From an uncultured virus (IMG/VR IMGVR_UViG_3300020577_011874) (lineage: Duplodnaviria; Heunggongvirae; Uroviricota; Caudoviricetes): a stretch of DNA of 64,000 bases. Location of the stretch: the IMG/VR virus record IMGVR_UViG_3300020577_011874. The stretch is one strand, 5' to 3'. Made by a program: the position numbers and the translations under genes. Below are positions 9,247 through 18,742 of the stretch, piece by piece. Below the pieces are notes generated by a model. It had not been told where the DNA came from. It was given only the letters and a program-made list of their open reading frames with translations, and searched no databases. The first letter of the stretch is position 1. The number at the start of each line of letters is the position of its first letter.

Positions 9247-10962
9247 TCACATTCCAAAGAAGCCAAGAGTACCAAAAGGATCATATGAAGATCCAGTAAC
9301 AGGTGCCCCAGTCATGTACGTCGCATTCAAATATCGTTCAACGTCTCGAATTCTAGCATCTGTCCAACCAGCTGAAGGCGAAGCTGCAAAAAAAGCTACT
9401 GCCGAAGACAACCATGCAGAAGGAGCTTCTGCATAACCCATAGTAAAATGTTGTCCTCCTGGAACGACTAATCTGTAAGGCGAAGACAAATACACTGAAG
9501 TATCAGTAGATGCATCGCCATCTTTTCGTGAACGCAAAATTCCAGCATCAAGATGCATTGACACCAGGGCCCATGTATCATCAGAGACTGATTGATTGAG
9601 ATTGTAATACGTCACGCCATCATTTGCAGTGACATTAGGCGTCCATTTTGCACCACTCTGATCTGTCGAACCTAAACCAATGTAGTACGTAGAGCCTTTT
9701 GTTTGCCAGAAACTCTTAGCCAAATAACCGTCAGACGTTGTCGTTCTAGAGTTAGCTCTGCCCACCGTAAATGACAAAAACCCGAATGACGTGGAATCAA
9801 TTGCATAACGCTGACCAAAAAGAACGTATGCATCTTGTTTGATAGCGTTGTCTTCTGAAATATCAATTCCTACATTGCTAGCAAGATGACGAACTTCTGC
9901 GTCTGCCTCTAGATCTGACAGGTATACAGCGGCGGTGCTCAACTCATAAATCAGACCGTCAAGATACGCAGACAAACTATAGTTCGCTCCCAATCGTACA
10001 AAGTCTGCATATGACGTAAGATCAGAAAAGGCGCATGTTTGCCAAGAGCCCCAACCTGATGCAGTAATCACTCGAAGTGCTAAAACGCCATTACCACCTC
10101 CCCAACGAACTTGAATTACGGCATCTGTAAAAACAGCTAATGATACTGTGACTTGCTGCCATCCATCATTGGGTCCACCTCCGACGTCGCGATTGACGCC
10201 GTCATAGGCACATACGGTCACACCAGCATCAGAAAAATGAATTCCAAAATCTGCAGCAGTGGTAGAGAAAATTCCTGGGTTGAGATAACCTGTCTGAGCT
10301 GTCAAAGTTCCTAAATTTGCAGCCGCGGCAGCGTCACCAAAAAATCCTAACGTAATCGTACCACCGAGAACATTTGAAAAAAGATCTGACATCACCATCG
10401 ATCCTTCGAGGGTGTCTGAATTTGCGCTTACGAATCTTGGGCCTCCAAAATTATTTGGGACGGCTGTGGACGTTAGTTGCGTAAATGTCTGTGTCCCGCC
10501 GTCGCTCCAGTATCCTTCATTTCCCCCTCCACCATGAGTGTCAGAATAGGTGCTATATGCCCATCGAGTTGATGAAATCGCTCGAGCGCCTGATTGAAAG
10601 AAACTTTGACTACCGTCAAATGAAATATGTTGGGTAGCTGAGGGATTAGCCGTTCCTCCATTAATGGTTGGATTACTTCCCGGATTACTCATTCCTTTCA
10701 AAAAGAAACGAAACGGGTGAGGAAGACCGTCGAGAAGGTAATAATTCTCGGTAGAAACAACAGATGAACGCCATGTGGCAACAGTGCCACTAGCATCTAA
10801 AACAATATTTGTATTGTCGGTCGCATCCATAAACGCGCCCCAAGGCAACGTTTTGATAGGATAATCAGTGGGAGTTGTTTCCCAACTTGGGCGAGCTTGG
10901 GCAACGCCGCCATTGCCACGTATACCATTGTCAAAGATGCGCCGGCAAGAACTAAAAATCAC
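9247..10962 (-). CDS. Putative virion protein with LamG/concanavalin-like beta-sandwich segments
   Basis: 571 aa, aromatic/Gly-rich; ISFDGSQ, YLDGLIYELS, IRDVERYLNATY resemble LamG-type domain borders. GTG start. Confidence 0.55.
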   Translation of the reverse strand: MIFSSCRRIFDNGIRGNGGVAQARPSWETTPTDYPIKTLPWGAFMDATDNTNIVLDASGTVATWRSSVVSTENYYLLDGLPHPFRFFLKGMSNPGSNPTINGGTANPSATQHISFDGSQSFFQSGARAISSTRWAYSTYSDTHGGGGNEGYWSDGGTQTFTQLTSTAVPNNFGGPRFVSANSDTLEGSMVMSDLFSNVLGGTITLGFFGDAAAAANLGTLTAQTGYLNPGIFSTTAADFGIHFSDAGVTVCAYDGVNRDVGGGPNDGWQQVTVSLAVFTDAVIQVRWGGGNGVLALRVITASGWGSWQTCAFSDLTSYADFVRLGANYSLSAYLDGLIYELSTAAVYLSDLEADAEVRHLASNVGIDISEDNAIKQDAYVLFGQRYAIDSTSFGFLSFTVGRANSRTTTSDGYLAKSFWQTKGSTYYIGLGSTDQSGAKWTPNVTANDGVTYYNLNQSVSDDTWALVSMHLDAGILRSRKDGDASTDTSVYLSSPYRLVVPGGQHFTMGYAEAPSAWLSSAVAFFAASPSAGWTDARIRDVERYLNATYMTGAPVTGSSYDPFGTLGFFGM

Positions 10963-10966
10963 TCAT

Positions 10967-11812
10967 TTACCTATCTTCTGAAATCAAGACATCACCTTGA
11001 ACGATACCAGTCGTTGCCCCAGAGGTATGATAAATGAAATGTAAGCATGCACCGGATTGAACTTGAGGAAACCAGGTACCAAATCCATGCATAGCATCGG
11101 CACTACCTTTAATCGACAAGATATCATCAAGCGGTATGTGAACCAATGGATAAAACAACGTAACACCAAAAGCCCCAGCCGTAAGAGTACTGGCTACGAT
11201 ATTCACGTTTGCTACCGCAGTCACTCCTTTATCGCCTGAAGCAAGTGGAACGAACAAAATACGACTAGCTTCACGATTGTTGGTACCTCCAAAAGCAATC
11301 GCTGGACTAGCTTGACCTGCCGTTGGTACAGTATTTGTATATGAGGTCGTGATCGTTGTTGCCGTGGTTCCGATGACAGTATAGATCTCCAAACCCATTT
11401 GCACACCTACGCCTGACGTGTATCTTGTCAGTGCAGATGTCGGTAAATTTGTTGTCTGCGCGCCGGTCGTAGTTGCGCTTAGACCACCTTGGTGTGAAAG
11501 TCGATCAACGATTGTGATCATTCCACCTGGTGAGGCTGTTGGCGCATGATCAAAAATGCACTTAAGAATACGGCGAGTTCCAGAGCCGTTGATTAAATCG
11601 TCGCCATTGCCACCTTTAAGACTTCCTGCCGTTGCACCCGTTGGAACTGCAGCAATTGTGGGCGCGACTCCTACTGGAGGAAAGCCTGCGCCTTGTAACC
11701 ACGATGAATACGATCTGCCGACAACGGTTGTTAATGCTGATTTTGAAACTCTAGCCCGTTGAAACGGTGAATTGATCATTGCATAATATGCATTTTCATT
11801 TGTGATCGTCAT
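10967..11812 (-). CDS. Virion structural protein, paralog A
   Basis: Thr/Gly-rich 281 aa, clearly similar to 12266..13141. Confidence 0.75.
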   Translation of the reverse strand: MTITNENAYYAMINSPFQRARVSKSALTTVVGRSYSSWLQGAGFPPVGVAPTIAAVPTGATAGSLKGGNGDDLINGSGTRRILKCIFDHAPTASPGGMITIVDRLSHQGGLSATTTGAQTTNLPTSALTRYTSGVGVQMGLEIYTVIGTTATTITTSYTNTVPTAGQASPAIAFGGTNNREASRILFVPLASGDKGVTAVANVNIVASTLTAGAFGVTLFYPLVHIPLDDILSIKGSADAMHGFGTWFPQVQSGACLHFIYHTSGATTGIVQGDVLISEDR

Positions 11813-12264
11813 TATGAACCGTTATCTTTTGATTGTGGAAAAAGATTAAACTTCATTGCCACAGAGTAACGTGTGCTATCATCATCAGGAATGATCTGTT
11901 GATGTGCAATGGTTGTCACGTTCATTGCTATCAGTCTATTTGCTTTGACTTCAACAGTCCCTCGTTCTGTTTGCAATGGTCCAGTTGGGCAATCAAAAGG
12001 ATAATACACTACAGCATATTCTCCTATGTCATGATGCATCTCTGTTGGATCCTGACCTTTTTTGATCGCAAAGATAGGAGCATGAATCAATTCAAGATCG
12101 CCAACAATTTTTCTTGCACAAGCAAGTAGAGCATCATCCTTCATTGCTTGTGCTGAATTTGTATTGCTTTGTTCAGTAAACATGGACACACGAGCTTGCC
12201 ATTTTGTTAGCTCTTCTTCTGTCAACGCATTGTCAATTACAAGAACGTCAGGTAATGTTGTCAT
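11812..12264 (-). CDS. 2OG-Fe(II) oxygenase superfamily protein
   Basis: HxD (MHHDIGE), distal His (IAHQ) and RxS (TRYSV) in the canonical DSBH order; start taken at ATG 12264. Confidence 0.7.
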   Translation of the reverse strand: MTTLPDVLVIDNALTEEELTKWQARVSMFTEQSNTNSAQAMKDDALLACARKIVGDLELIHAPIFAIKKGQDPTEMHHDIGEYAVVYYPFDCPTGPLQTERGTVEVKANRLIAMNVTTIAHQQIIPDDDSTRYSVAMKFNLFPQSKDNGS

Positions 12265-12265
12265 G

Positions 12266-13141
12266 TTATTTCTCCATGAAATATGCTGAACCAAAAATTT
12301 GAGGAGCGGTCACTGTATTAGGAAACCATGCAAATGCAAGACATGCATCACTTGTTGCGCCCAAATTAAGAGGCCCACCTGGCATCAAAAATGACGTAAA
12401 CATTGCGCCGACGCCAGGTAGAGGAATAGGCAATGACACTAGTGGATATGCCATGGTGATGCCAAAATTTCCTGCAGTCAAGGTACTTGCCACAAGGTCA
12501 GCATTAGTGACAGCTGTAACTCCTGTATCACCGCTAGCTAGTGCGACAGGTAAAATTCGATCTTGTTCACGAGCGTTAGTACCACCGAATGTAATCGCTT
12601 GAGTAGTACTCGACCCACCACCTGCACGTGTATATGTGCTAGTACATGTTGTTGCGGTGGTGCCGATGATCGTATAGATTTCATACCAAATTTCAACACC
12701 GACGCCAGTTGTTTGTCGAGTTAAGGTGGGAGTAGTCGCACCGGTGAGGTTAGTGGTTTGTGCTGTTGTTGTTGTCGCACTTAGACCTCCATGCTGAACT
12801 AAACGATCATAAAGAATCAAAGTTCCAGCAACAAGACCGGTTGCTGTAATTCCTAATAGACGTTTTTTTGCACTTGACGCCGAAGTTGTCTGTGCTAATG
12901 CACCTGCTGTTGCATTTGTACAAACAACTGCCGTTGTTGGCGCAGTTTGTGATGCAGCGCCTGGTGAACCATCCCAACGCCACATCGATGAAATACGACC
13001 AATAATGCATGCACTACCGAACGCGGCGCCATTTTGCAGACCACTCTTGAAAAAATTGATCTGTTCTGGCGCGCCGGAGCCGCCGCCGGTAGCAAGATTT
13101 ATTAAGTCAGAAACGTCAAGAATCGGATCACCAGCTGCCAT
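12266..13141 (-). CDS. Virion structural protein, paralog B
   Basis: Shares DRLxxxGGLSATTT..QTTNL, GVGV..EIYTxIGTTATT, FGGTNxRE and LASGDxGVTAV with 10967..11812. Confidence 0.75.
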   Translation of the reverse strand: MAAGDPILDVSDLINLATGGGSGAPEQINFFKSGLQNGAAFGSACIIGRISSMWRWDGSPGAASQTAPTTAVVCTNATAGALAQTTSASSAKKRLLGITATGLVAGTLILYDRLVQHGGLSATTTTAQTTNLTGATTPTLTRQTTGVGVEIWYEIYTIIGTTATTCTSTYTRAGGGSSTTQAITFGGTNAREQDRILPVALASGDTGVTAVTNADLVASTLTAGNFGITMAYPLVSLPIPLPGVGAMFTSFLMPGGPLNLGATSDACLAFAWFPNTVTAPQIFGSAYFMEK

Positions 13142-13144
13142 AAT

Positions 13145-13687
13145 TCACCTATCGTCGCTCACGCCGTGAGATTGTGAGGCTGTTGTTGCTAACGCATCTG
13201 GCGCAACTAATGCCGCTACCAGCTTCTTAAAATCAATGATGGCTGGTCCTCCACGACCTGAAGTCGCAGATAAGATTGCACCATCAATCGTCGCTCTATG
13301 TCTATCAGGCCACATTTTACGAATCTCTTCACGGACATGAACACGCAATTCACGCATTGCTTCTTCAACAGCATCTTCTGCGCCGCGGTGCCCAAGAATC
13401 GTAATTCGAGCCTTTTCAACAAAAGGCCTGACTCTTTCCATGATCTGTTCTTCAGCTTCACGTTGTGGTCTAGGAATTCGAGTATGAACTAAAAGATTAT
13501 GAAAAAACTGTCTACCTTGTGACTGTACTTCATTGGCAACATGAAGCAATGCGCCAACAAATCGACCGGTAGTCCTTTCACGACTCCAAATCCAATCAAT
13601 GACAGTCATCGCATCTTCTTTGCCAAAATTTTCAACGTACCAATCGATGACTTCTTTTTCAGCAGGATCTGATGTTCTCAAAATCAT
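13145..13687 (-). CDS. Hypothetical protein
   Basis: 180-aa ORF tiling the operon. Confidence 0.65.
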   Translation of the reverse strand: MILRTSDPAEKEVIDWYVENFGKEDAMTVIDWIWSRERTTGRFVGALLHVANEVQSQGRQFFHNLLVHTRIPRPQREAEEQIMERVRPFVEKARITILGHRGAEDAVEEAMRELRVHVREEIRKMWPDRHRATIDGAILSATSGRGGPAIIDFKKLVAALVAPDALATTASQSHGVSDDR

Positions 13688-13699
13688 GTCACGATCTTA

Positions 13700-16600
13700 T
13701 CAATACTCGTAACCATGAACAACAATATCAACTGACATACCTGCATCTGTTGTCGCTCTTAGAACGTAATTGATATCTGTACAAAAGATAGGTGTTGATG
13801 GCGTAAACACAAGACCGGGTTTTGCCGTCGTTGATGGCGCAAATGAAGCTGCTAGCACAGTCTGATCTGTGCCCGCTGTATAAGTGGTGTCAGCAGAAGC
13901 TCCAAACCATATGATTAGACGTCCAGCTGTTGTGCCGTATGATCCTACAACAATGTTTGTGATAGCAATTCTTCTGCCAGAACTTGGTGTCCATATTGCA
14001 GCACCAGTAGCTTGCGTAGTAGTGTTATACGCCTTTGAAACATGTTGCGAATGATCAATGTGCGTAAATAACTGTCGACCAAAAACGTCTGCGACCGCAG
14101 GTACACCAGAGTTCTGAGTTGCAGTCGCCTGAAAGGATGAACTTACAGCTTTTAATACGACAGCTGTTGCAAGAGAGCCGGTAGAGTTGACAGTAATCGT
14201 GCCAGAAACTGCTTGTACACCTCCATCCCACGTTCGCAATGCGACTGAGGCTGAGACGCCCATCGTGGCGGGCCAGTTCTGTACGACAATGCCACCACTG
14301 ACGGCCTGAACTGCTGGGAAGTTATTGACGCCTATAGTGCCAGAAACTCCAACGGTTCCCTGAGACCATGTCTTTATAGCGATAGAACTTGATATTTCTA
14401 CCGGCCCGGTGTGAAACACACGTAATCCAGAAGAACTGCTAACATTCATTGCAGTCTGGGTTACAGAAGGTGTTACAGTAATCGATCCACTGATATTTTG
14501 GGTCGCTGGGAAATTACTGATCATGAACTGCGGAGCAGTTCCGATATTGACCGTGCCGCTGACGTTCTGTGTGGCTGGGAAGTTATTGACACCAACAGTA
14601 CCTGAAACACCCACCGTGCCCTGAAGATAAATCGGAAGGGTGGTAGATGCAGATATTCCTTGGATACCACCGTCCCAAATTCTAAGGGCAACGGATGAAG
14701 AAATTCCAACCGGGGCATCATTCCAAACACGGAGACCCGAGGATGAAGAAACATTTTGGGCGGTCTGCGTGACTGAAGGAGTCGTCGTGATAGAACCTGA
14801 AACACCAATCGTTCCCGCTGACCAAATTTGCAGCGGAATCGAAGCTGAGACGCCCATTATCGAGGGCCAATTCTGTACGACGATGCCACCGCTGATGGCT
14901 TGCACTGCTGGGAAGTTATTGACACCAATAGTTCCCGAGACGCCTAATGGTGACTGCGACCATATTTCAAGAGGCGTAGATCCGGATATTCCAACAGGTG
15001 CTGTGTGAAATACTCTAAGACCAGACGAGCTAGACACGTTCTGGGCAGTCTGTGTGACACCTTGTGTGGTCGTAACTGTTCCTGAAATCGCTTGAACAGC
15101 GGGGAAGTTACTGATCATGAACTGTGGAGCAGTTCCGATATTTACAGTGCCGCTGACGTTCTGTGTGGCTGGGAAGTTATTGACAGAGATCTGGTTGCCT
15201 AGGGTGACAGAACCTGAAACACCAACCAATCCATCATTCCAAACCCTCAATCCTGAAGATGAAGAAACATTTTGTGCTGTCTGTGTGACTGATGGAGTTA
15301 CAATAATCGTTCCAGAAACCGCTTGAACAGCTGGGAAGTTGCTGATCATGAACTGTGGAGCAGTTCCGATGTTTACGGTGCCAGAAACATTCTGGGTGGC
15401 TGGGAAGTTGTTGACAGAGATCTGACTTGCTAAAGTGACAGATCCAGAAACTCCGACAGAGCCGTCATTCCAAACGCGGAGACCCGATGAACTTGAAACG
15501 TTCATCGCGGTCTGAGTCACTGTTGGCGTAATGGTTACAGAACCTGAAACGCCAACTGTACCAGCTGACCAAATCTGCAGTGGAACAGACGCTGAAATAC
15601 CATGAACAGCAGGCCAGTTTTGTACAACAATTCCTCCAGAAATTGCTTGAACAGCAGGGAAGTTATTGACACTAACCTGTGAACCCAAAGTGACAGTGCC
15701 GCTGACCGCCTGTGTTGCCGGGAAGTTGTTGACAGAGAACTGAGGCGCGGTTCCGATGTTTACGGTGCCGGAAACACCAACCAATCCATCATTCCAGACA
15801 CGCAGACCTGACGATGAAGACACATTCATCGCGGTTTGAGTTACTGTAGGAGTTGTTACAACGGTTCCAGAAACACCGATGGTGCCAGCAGACCAAATTT
15901 GCAATGGAATTGACGCAGAAACTCCAAGAATTGCTGGCCAATTTTGAATGACGATACCGCCGCTGACAGCTTGTGTCGCAGGATAATTGCTGATCTGTAA
16001 TTGTGGAACTGTTCCAAGATTGACAGTGCCAGAGACTCCGACGGCGCTATCATTCCAGACGCGGAGACCCGAAGATGAAGACACGTTCTGGGCAGTCTGC
16101 GTAACAGCTGGCGTTGTAGTAATTGATCCGCTGATAGCTTGAACAGCTGGGAAGTTGCTGATCATGAACTGCGGAGCAGTTCCAATGTTTACAGTACCGC
16201 TGACCGCCTGCACTGCAGGGAAGTTATTGACAGAGATCTGACTGCCGACAGTGATCGTACCAGAAACTCCGACTGTACCAGCGTTCCAAACACTCAATGG
16301 GAATGAAGCAGAAACACCGTGAACTGCGGGCCAGTTCTGTACAATGACACCTCCTGACACTGCTTGAACAGCAGGAAAGTTGCTAACTTGAAGTTGTGGC
16401 GCAGTTCCTAAATTGACCGTACCACTAACTCCAACAGACGATTCGTTCCAGACTCTGAGCCCAGATGAACTAGACACATTTTGTGCCGTTTGCGTGATGG
16501 CTTGCGTAGTTGTGACTGTGCCGCTGATAGCTTGCACAGCCGGGAAGTTGCTGATCATGAACTGCGGAGCAGTTCCGATGTTTACGGTACCTGAAACTCC

Positions 16601-18742
16601 AACCGCAGACTCATTCCAAACACGGAGACCCGAGGATGAAGAAACATTTTGAGCAGTCTGAGTTATTGTTGGAGTCGTCGTAACTGTTCCGGAAACTCCA
16701 ACGATTCCAGCAGACCAAATCTGCAACGGAACAGACGCTGACACGCCGAGTGTCGCCGGCCAGTTCTGAATGACGATGCCACCGCTGATGGCTTGAACAG
16801 CAGGGAAGTTACTGACGCCAATCTGACTACCAACCGTAATCGTGCCAGAAACTCCGACCGCACCATCATTCCAAACCCTCAATCCTGATGATGATGAAAC
16901 ATTCTGGGCAGTCTGAGTAATCGCTGGAATTGCGGTAATTGAACCACTTACGGCTTGAACTGCGGGGAAGTTGCTGATCATGAACTGCGGAGCAGTTCCG
17001 ATATTTACAGTTCCGGAAACATTCTGTGTTGCTGGGAAGTTATTGACAGAGACTTGCGCGGCGAGGGTAACAGAACCACTAACCCCAACAGACGATTCAT
17101 TCCAGACTCTTAAACCCGAGGATGAAGAAACATTCTGAGCTGTCTGTGTGACAGCTGGGGTGACTGTGATAGAACCTGAAACCGCTTGAACAGCGGGGAA
17201 GTTGCTGATCATGAACTGCGGAGCAGTTCCGATATTGACCGTACCAGAGACTCCTACAGTTCCAGCATTCCACACTGAAAGCGGGAATGAAGCTGAGACA
17301 CCGAGGGTTGCAGGCCAGTTCTGTACGACAATTCCACCACTGACAGCCTGTGTTGCAGGGAAATTGTTAACACTGACTTGTGAACCGAGGTTGACTGTTC
17401 CGGAAACTCCGACCGCGGACTCATTCCAAACTCTTAAACCCGAGGATGAAGAAACGTTCTGGGCAGTCTGGGTAACTCCAGATGTCGTAGTAATTGTTCC
17501 GGAAACCGCTTGCACGGCAGGGAAGTTGCTGATCATGAACTGTGGAGCAGTTCCGATGTTTATGGTTCCGGAAACGTTCTGGGTGGCTGGGAAGTTGTTG
17601 ACAGAGATCTGACTACCGACCGTGATCGTGCCAGAAACACCGACAGTTCCAGCATTCCACACTGAAAGTGGGAATGAAGCTGAGATACCGTGGACCGCCG
17701 GCCAGTTCTGTACAACAATTCCGCCTGACACTGCCTGGGTGGCTGGGAAATTGCTGACAGAAACCTGTGATCCTAGAGTGACTGTACCAGATATACCGAC
17801 AGACGATTCGTTCCAGACTCTGAGTCCAGATGAGCTAGAAACGTTCTGTGCAGTCTGTGTGACAGCCGGCGTTACCGTAACAGAACCCGAAACACCAATG
17901 GTGCCAGCAGACCAAATTTGCAAAGCCGCTCCGCCAGGAGAGCCTTGCATACTTGCTGTGACATTGGTTCCCCACGAACCAACCGTGACGCTTCCACTGA
18001 TATTTTGGGTCGCTGGGAAGTTGCTGATCATGAACTGTGGAGCAGTTCCAATATTGACCGTGCCGCTGACGCTCTGCGTTGCCGGGAAGTTGTTGACACC
18101 GACAGTGCCACTGACACCAACACTACTGGCATTCCAAACACTCAATGGGAATGAAGCAGAAACACCGTGGACAGCCGGCCAGTTCTGAATGATGATGCCG
18201 CCGCTGATGGCTTGCACTGCTGGGAAGTTGTTGATTCCCACTGTTCCAGATACGCCGACAGACGATTCGTTCCAAACGCGGAGACCCGATGATGAAGAAA
18301 CGTTCTGGGCAGTCTGAGTCAAAGACGGAGTCGTCGTGACAGAACCCGAAATACCAACTAATCCAGCACTCCAAATCTGAACAGGAACTCCTCCAGGAAC
18401 TCCTTGGACACTGGCAGTTACATTAGTTCCCCACGATCCAATTGTGATTGAACCACTTACAGCTTGAACAGCAGGGAAGTTATTGACTCCAACTGTTCCG
18501 CTAACACCAACTGCGGAGAAATTCCACACTTTCAAGCCAGATGAGCTTGAAACATTCATTGCCGTTTCAGTAATACCTGGAACTGCTGAAATTGTACCGC
18601 TAATTCCTACAGGACCATCATTCCAGACACGAAGACCCGATGAACTTGAAACGTTCATCGCGGTCTGAGTGATGCCAGGAACTGCTGAAATAGATCCAGA
18701 AATTCCAATCGAACAGAAATTCCAATCGAACCTGCAGACCAA
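13700..18742 (-). CDS. Giant repeat fibre-like protein, C-terminal fragment (downstream of frameshift)
   Basis: Modules NFPAxQxVSG, TQTAQNVSSSSGLRVWN, QNWPAxxGVSAS and a non-repetitive C-terminal ~150-aa domain; the listed start is produced by the 17-bp duplication. Confidence 0.75.
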   Translation of the reverse strand: MVCRFDWNFCSIGISGSISAVPGITQTAMNVSSSSGLRVWNDGPVGISGTISAVPGITETAMNVSSSSGLKVWNFSAVGVSGTVGVNNFPAVQAVSGSITIGSWGTNVTASVQGVPGGVPVQIWSAGLVGISGSVTTTPSLTQTAQNVSSSSGLRVWNESSVGVSGTVGINNFPAVQAISGGIIIQNWPAVHGVSASFPLSVWNASSVGVSGTVGVNNFPATQSVSGTVNIGTAPQFMISNFPATQNISGSVTVGSWGTNVTASMQGSPGGAALQIWSAGTIGVSGSVTVTPAVTQTAQNVSSSSGLRVWNESSVGISGTVTLGSQVSVSNFPATQAVSGGIVVQNWPAVHGISASFPLSVWNAGTVGVSGTITVGSQISVNNFPATQNVSGTINIGTAPQFMISNFPAVQAVSGTITTTSGVTQTAQNVSSSSGLRVWNESAVGVSGTVNLGSQVSVNNFPATQAVSGGIVVQNWPATLGVSASFPLSVWNAGTVGVSGTVNIGTAPQFMISNFPAVQAVSGSITVTPAVTQTAQNVSSSSGLRVWNESSVGVSGSVTLAAQVSVNNFPATQNVSGTVNIGTAPQFMISNFPAVQAVSGSITAIPAITQTAQNVSSSSGLRVWNDGAVGVSGTITVGSQIGVSNFPAVQAISGGIVIQNWPATLGVSASVPLQIWSAGIVGVSGTVTTTPTITQTAQNVSSSSGLRVWNESAVGVSGTVNIGTAPQFMISNFPAVQAISGTVTTTQAITQTAQNVSSSSGLRVWNESSVGVSGTVNLGTAPQLQVSNFPAVQAVSGGVIVQNWPAVHGVSASFPLSVWNAGTVGVSGTITVGSQISVNNFPAVQAVSGTVNIGTAPQFMISNFPAVQAISGSITTTPAVTQTAQNVSSSSGLRVWNDSAVGVSGTVNLGTVPQLQISNYPATQAVSGGIVIQNWPAILGVSASIPLQIWSAGTIGVSGTVVTTPTVTQTAMNVSSSSGLRVWNDGLVGVSGTVNIGTAPQFSVNNFPATQAVSGTVTLGSQVSVNNFPAVQAISGGIVVQNWPAVHGISASVPLQIWSAGTVGVSGSVTITPTVTQTAMNVSSSSGLRVWNDGSVGVSGSVTLASQISVNNFPATQNVSGTVNIGTAPQFMISNFPAVQAVSGTIIVTPSVTQTAQNVSSSSGLRVWNDGLVGVSGSVTLGNQISVNNFPATQNVSGTVNIGTAPQFMISNFPAVQAISGTVTTTQGVTQTAQNVSSSSGLRVFHTAPVGISGSTPLEIWSQSPLGVSGTIGVNNFPAVQAISGGIVVQNWPSIMGVSASIPLQIWSAGTIGVSGSITTTPSVTQTAQNVSSSSGLRVWNDAPVGISSSVALRIWDGGIQGISASTTLPIYLQGTVGVSGTVGVNNFPATQNVSGTVNIGTAPQFMISNFPATQNISGSITVTPSVTQTAMNVSSSSGLRVFHTGPVEISSSIAIKTWSQGTVGVSGTIGVNNFPAVQAVSGGIVVQNWPATMGVSASVALRTWDGGVQAVSGTITVNSTGSLATAVVLKAVSSSFQATATQNSGVPAVADVFGRQLFTHIDHSQHVSKAYNTTTQATGAAIWTPSSGRRIAITNIVVGSYGTTAGRLIIWFGASADTTYTAGTDQTVLAASFAPSTTAKPGLVFTPSTPIFCTDINYVLRATTDAGMSVDIVVHGYEY

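Noticed and set aside
10950..10966. Possible T5 slip: an ATG right after the upstream stop reads MSDF-stop and is one base out of frame with the 571-aa ORF
   Set aside because: An in-frame GTG at 10962 explains the gene without a frameshift; only read mapping could revive the idea.
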